Assembly (NCBI GenBank): GCA_046314355.1
Contig: JBKBWQ010000001.1
Location: 823,115-863,114, forward strand
Direction: 5' to 3'
Source: Candidatus Altimarinota bacterium
GTDB taxonomy: Bacteria > Patescibacteriota > Gracilibacteria > 1-14-2-50-48-13
Length of the DNA: 40,000 nucleotides
Positions within the stretch are counted from its first letter, which is position 1. Each line of letters starts with the position of its first letter. Both the position numbers and the translations under genes were made by a program. Shown in pieces: positions 37,125 through 40,000 of this stretch. The notes under the pieces were generated by a model. It saw nothing but the letters and a program-made list of their open reading frames with translations, made no database searches and was not told where the DNA came from.

Positions 37125-37399
37125 AGACTCAGGGTGACTGGTGAGAGTGTGGGTAACTTGTTACTAGTTTGGCTCTAAGGATAGGAATGAGGATGAGGGG
37201 TAAGAATTAGGGTAGATTCAAGTCATAGCACTGCCGAAACTTATGTATCTGGATGCTGCAGTTGTAATCTTGCGAAGAAAATAAAGGATTACCATCAACA
37301 TGAAGTAAGTTCCTTTGATTACGACTGTGCACTGGAGCCCGTTGGGCAATCCTTTATGGCTAAAGAAATATCCTTTGAACGGGATGACGCTCACGCGAG

Positions 37400-37837
37400 C
37401 GAAATGATGAGAGTCTCAGGGCTCAACCCCCTGGGTCCCCCTTCTCAGGGGGATAGCTCATAGGCTCCCCCTCCCCGAGCCCTGACATGTACCGCAGGTA
37501 CATCGCCTGGCTACGTAGTGGACTAGTAACTAGTGACGGTCACTAGTTACTAGTCACTCGAGCCCTCATCTAGACCGCACCGTCCCTGGGGGTTTGGGGG
37601 AGGAGAAGCATCTAATTACTCTTAGAAAGCACCCCCTCTGCCAGACGCTTTTCTCCTCCCCCAAGACTTTTGGTTACTTTTGGTCACAAAAGTAACGCCC
37701 CACAGGCAGGTGAAGAAGAAACCACTTACTTCATCAAGCACCCTTCACCTCACTCAAACCTTTATCTCTTATAAGAGGATTTGTGAAAACTATAAGAACA
37801 CTAGTTGAATAAACCAATACCCGACAATGGATTCCCG
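37400..37837. repeat. copy 2 (core) of the unclassified GC-rich hairpin-dense element
   Basis: About 95% identical by eye to 25873-26309. Identical 35-bp palindrome at 37521-37555. Weaker similarity extends to about 37217 and 37875. Confidence 0.85.
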
Positions 37838-37867
37838 TCTGCACGGTAATGACGGGATTTTTGTCAC

Positions 37868-37899
37868 AAAAAAAGCCCTTCCACCGGCAAGGTGGAAAG
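37868..37899 (-). terminator. rho-independent terminator of the lipoprotein gene
   Basis: On the minus strand, TTCCACC-N5-GGTGGAA hairpin followed by T7-8. It directly abuts the right edge of repeat copy 2. Confidence 0.75.
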
Positions 37900-37923
37900 A
37901 CTTTTAAGATCTCAATACTCATA

Positions 37924-38613
37924 TTATCTTCTCCTTATAGTCTTTCTCGGAGTTGTAGTAGTTTTCTTTGGAGTAGTAGTCTTCTTAATAGTAGGGCTTG
38001 CAGCCTTCGCTTTACTCTGAGTCACAGCCTGAGATAACCCTGAGCTCTTCTGTGCAGCATCAGTCTTCACCTGAGAGAGTGAATTCTTATCAATAGGTCT
38101 AGAGTACTCACTAGCAGTTCGCGCAGGAGGCATAGCGTATGATCTTCCAAAGATAGCATTCGCGATCATTCCGCCAACGATAGCTCCACCTACTGATGTG
38201 AGAAAAGTTTGGAGAAAAGGAGAAGTACCCCCCTGCTCTACCTTTTGTACCTCCTCATCAACTTTTGCCTTCAATTCATCAGGCGTCATAGTCTGGAATT
38301 CAGGCACAAGCTTTTGACTATAGTTGTATACAGCGAGTGTAGAACCACTTGCTGTTCCACATACCTGATATGCAGACATGATCTCATCATGATTCTTGGT
38401 AGCAGAACAATCTGTGTTTAGTTTAGCAACACTCTCAGCACATTTATACGTACCAGCTGTATCAGTACATTGCATAACACTACATGGTCCTTTCCCAGAT
38501 TCACACATCTGAGCATAGAGATTTGTAAGATCAGGGGTCTCAGCAGTAGATGTGCTACTTCCGCATGACGTTAAAAGAAAAAGAGCTGTAAGACTTAAAA
38601 ATATTTTTTTCAT
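37924..38613 (-). CDS. lipoprotein with Cys-rich N-terminal half, glycine-zipper segment and basic T/K-rich tail
   Basis: MKKIFLSLTALFLLTSC lipobox (start at the ATG at 38613). GGAIVGGMIANAIFG. C-terminal KKTTTPKKTTTTPRKTIRRR. Confidence 0.6.
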   Translation of the reverse strand: MKKIFLSLTALFLLTSCGSSTSTAETPDLTNLYAQMCESGKGPCSVMQCTDTAGTYKCAESVAKLNTDCSATKNHDEIMSAYQVCGTASGSTLAVYNYSQKLVPEFQTMTPDELKAKVDEEVQKVEQGGTSPFLQTFLTSVGGAIVGGMIANAIFGRSYAMPPARTASEYSRPIDKNSLSQVKTDAAQKSSGLSQAVTQSKAKAASPTIKKTTTPKKTTTTPRKTIRRR

Positions 38614-38739
38614 ATATGAGTTTTTCATTAGCAAATACATTTCATACTAGTGAACGTAAAAATAAACACTTTGTTACTTAATCGTAGTTTTTTAGGTTGC
38701 ACAATAAGACAGTCCTTTTAATACCCTACTTACAGTTTT

Positions 38740-39186
38740 TTAATAACATCCTTTATTACGAAAGTACTCTACCGCTGGACGAATATTCATCGCGCAGTCT
38801 GCAGGAAGATCATCTATATCATGCCACGCATACTCACGTACATCTCGACCTGGGGTAATAGTCTCTGTTTGCCTACTAGCATAGTAATGAAAGAGAATAA
38901 TAGTGAGAGGTTTCCCGTCTTTTTCTTTCTGAATATCCATTACAAATGGTTCGCCTTCCTCAAGTATCACTTCAAGCCCCAGTTCTTCCATTACTTCCCT
39001 TTCTGCATTTGCTCTAAAGCTATCATCCTGCGCCATAGTTCCACCTGGAAACTTCCAGTAATTATCATCCCCATGCTTATCGAGAAGAACTTTGTTATCT
39101 TCAACAATTACGGGACCTGACGCCATGGTCAGAAGTCTTTCATTTCCTGAGTCATCTGAAGTTGGATAGTTTTTAATGCCAAGCAT
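38740..39186 (-). CDS. NUDIX hydrolase
   Basis: Nudix box GGTMAQDDSFRANAEREVMEELGL (GX5EX7REUXEEXGU). Confidence 0.85.
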   Translation of the reverse strand: MLGIKNYPTSDDSGNERLLTMASGPVIVEDNKVLLDKHGDDNYWKFPGGTMAQDDSFRANAEREVMEELGLEVILEEGEPFVMDIQKEKDGKPLTIILFHYYASRQTETITPGRDVREYAWHDIDDLPADCAMNIRPAVEYFRNKGCY

Positions 39187-39297
39187 AAAATGTGGTTAAG
39201 AATATAGAAATGATAAAACATTCAAAAATAGAATACAAGAAAAAGACACCTATACTATAAGTGCCTGACAAATTTTTGTTTTTTTATTTCGCGGTAT

Positions 39298-39423
39298 TTA
39301 CTTTTTAGTTTCGGCAATACCTCTTGTCTGCAATACATTTGGAGGCCTTGCTTCTGATTTCATCAACTGAGCACCGCAGCCTGCTAAATTCATAAAAACC
39401 AGCACTATTACTATTTTTTTCAT
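39298..39423 (-). CDS. small lipoprotein (41 aa), not in the ORF track
   Basis: MKKIVIVLVFMNLAGCGAQLMKSEARPPNVLQTRGIAETKK with lipobox LAGC. AAGGGG SD about 5 nt upstream of the ATG. TAA stop. Confidence 0.45.
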   Translation of the reverse strand: MKKIVIVLVFMNLAGCGAQLMKSEARPPNVLQTRGIAETKK

Positions 39424-39532
39424 TTTGTCCCCTTTCTTAGAACAATATTTTTATTTGTGTGCGCACTATACTTTTCTCAAAATAATAGTCAAACACTACT
39501 TCATTTTTTATACCATTGCATTTAAAATAGAC

Positions 39533-39555
39533 AAAATAAAACCCGCTTTCGCGGG
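39533..39555 (-). terminator. rho-independent terminator
   Basis: On the minus strand, CCCGC-GAAA-GCGGG hairpin followed by TTTTATTTT, just after the stop at 39572. Confidence 0.6.
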
Positions 39556-39571
39556 ATTCTTATTCATATGC

Positions 39572-39967
39572 TTAAGCTGCCGACTGTTGCCGCACGCTTA
39601 GCATTTCTTCTTTTAGTTGGGCTGCTATTTCTTTGAGCAGCTTTCTTTTATACCTATAAACATTTCTTCGCATATTCTCGTATGCAATTCCCAGTGATGT
39701 GGATACAATATACTCACCCTGAGGAGTGTTATTTATGAATCCTTTGGATAATACTTTATCCCAGGCATTCTCAGTATCCTGCAAATAGATGGCAGGATCC
39801 AATATATATTTGTATCTTTCAATCTTTTGAATCTGATCAATAAAATTAATCAGATTTTGTTTATAGTCATGAATCACCTGAATTCCTTCAAGTGTAAAAA
39901 AATACAGAATCCCTACTATAGCGTCTTCACCAGATAGTAGACGTTTCTTTAATTTTTTCTGCTGCAC
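39572..39967 (-). CDS. hypothetical protein (131 aa)
   Basis: GTG start preceded by a GGAGG SD 8 nt upstream; TAA stop; a terminator follows; no motif recognised. Confidence 0.55.
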   Translation of the reverse strand: MQQKKLKKRLLSGEDAIVGILYFFTLEGIQVIHDYKQNLINFIDQIQKIERYKYILDPAIYLQDTENAWDKVLSKGFINNTPQGEYIVSTSLGIAYENMRRNVYRYKRKLLKEIAAQLKEEMLSVRQQSAA

Positions 39968-40000
39968 TTCACATACCTCCTTTTAAAATATACACTTACG

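Noticed and set aside
25873-37837. Diversity-generating retroelement TR/VR pair
   Set aside because: Differences between the copies are not adenine-specific (G-A, T-C, A-C and indels). Neither copy lies in a gene, and no reverse transcriptase is in the window.
37217-37875. ORF-less group II intron inserted after a terminator (class C behaviour), because the minus strand begins T-run then GTGAC
   Set aside because: The 5' end is GUGAC/GUGAU, not GUGYG. I cannot find a domain V (AGC triad, bulged 14-bp stem, GNRA loop) in the conserved core. Copy 1 has no convincing terminator in front of it.

Overview
AT-rich, gene-dense bacterial window, mostly minus-strand genes. The content looks like Candidate Phyla Radiation / Patescibacteria: a lamin-tail-domain surface protein, TrbC/VirB2-like pilin modules, a VirD4/TraG-like ATPase, many small lipoproteins, and SLH/LysM-M23 peptidases. 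Housekeeping genes I recognise are dnaK (with a perfect CIRCE operator nested in a near-consensus promoter), dprA, rsmI, queA, mraY, lexA, yggT, tsaD, efp, a Nei-like glycosylase, glycosyltransferases and a Wzx-like flippase. I saw no rRNA, tRNA or CRISPR array.

Observations worth follow-up:
1. Two direct copies, about 95% identical, of a ~440 bp core (up to ~650 bp with diverged flanks). It is GC-rich, non-coding and packed with hairpins, including a perfect 35-bp palindrome and a 19-bp stem. I cannot place it in any RNA or mobile-element family. One copy sits upstream of the T4SS-like ATPase gene, the other upstream of efp.
2. The stop-codon pattern suggests UGA reassignment (28 TAA, 9 TAG, 2 TGA), and one in-frame TGA joins the two halves of an otherwise intact Fpg/Nei gene.
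3. Two adjacent, overlapping genes each encode a signal peptide plus three tandem pilin-like two-helix modules.
4. A ~75 bp orphan copy of the dnaK 3' end plus its terminator lies 2.2 kb from the real one. The pair brackets a small insert that carries a frameshifted IS200-like tnpA.
5. A family of AGTAATTAAGTAATTG / ~14-bp tandem units sits against promoters of nei, lexA, efp and the VOC gene.
6. A P-type ATPase homologue has lost its catalytic motifs.

All coordinates and identities were worked out by eye from the sequence. No database search was run.
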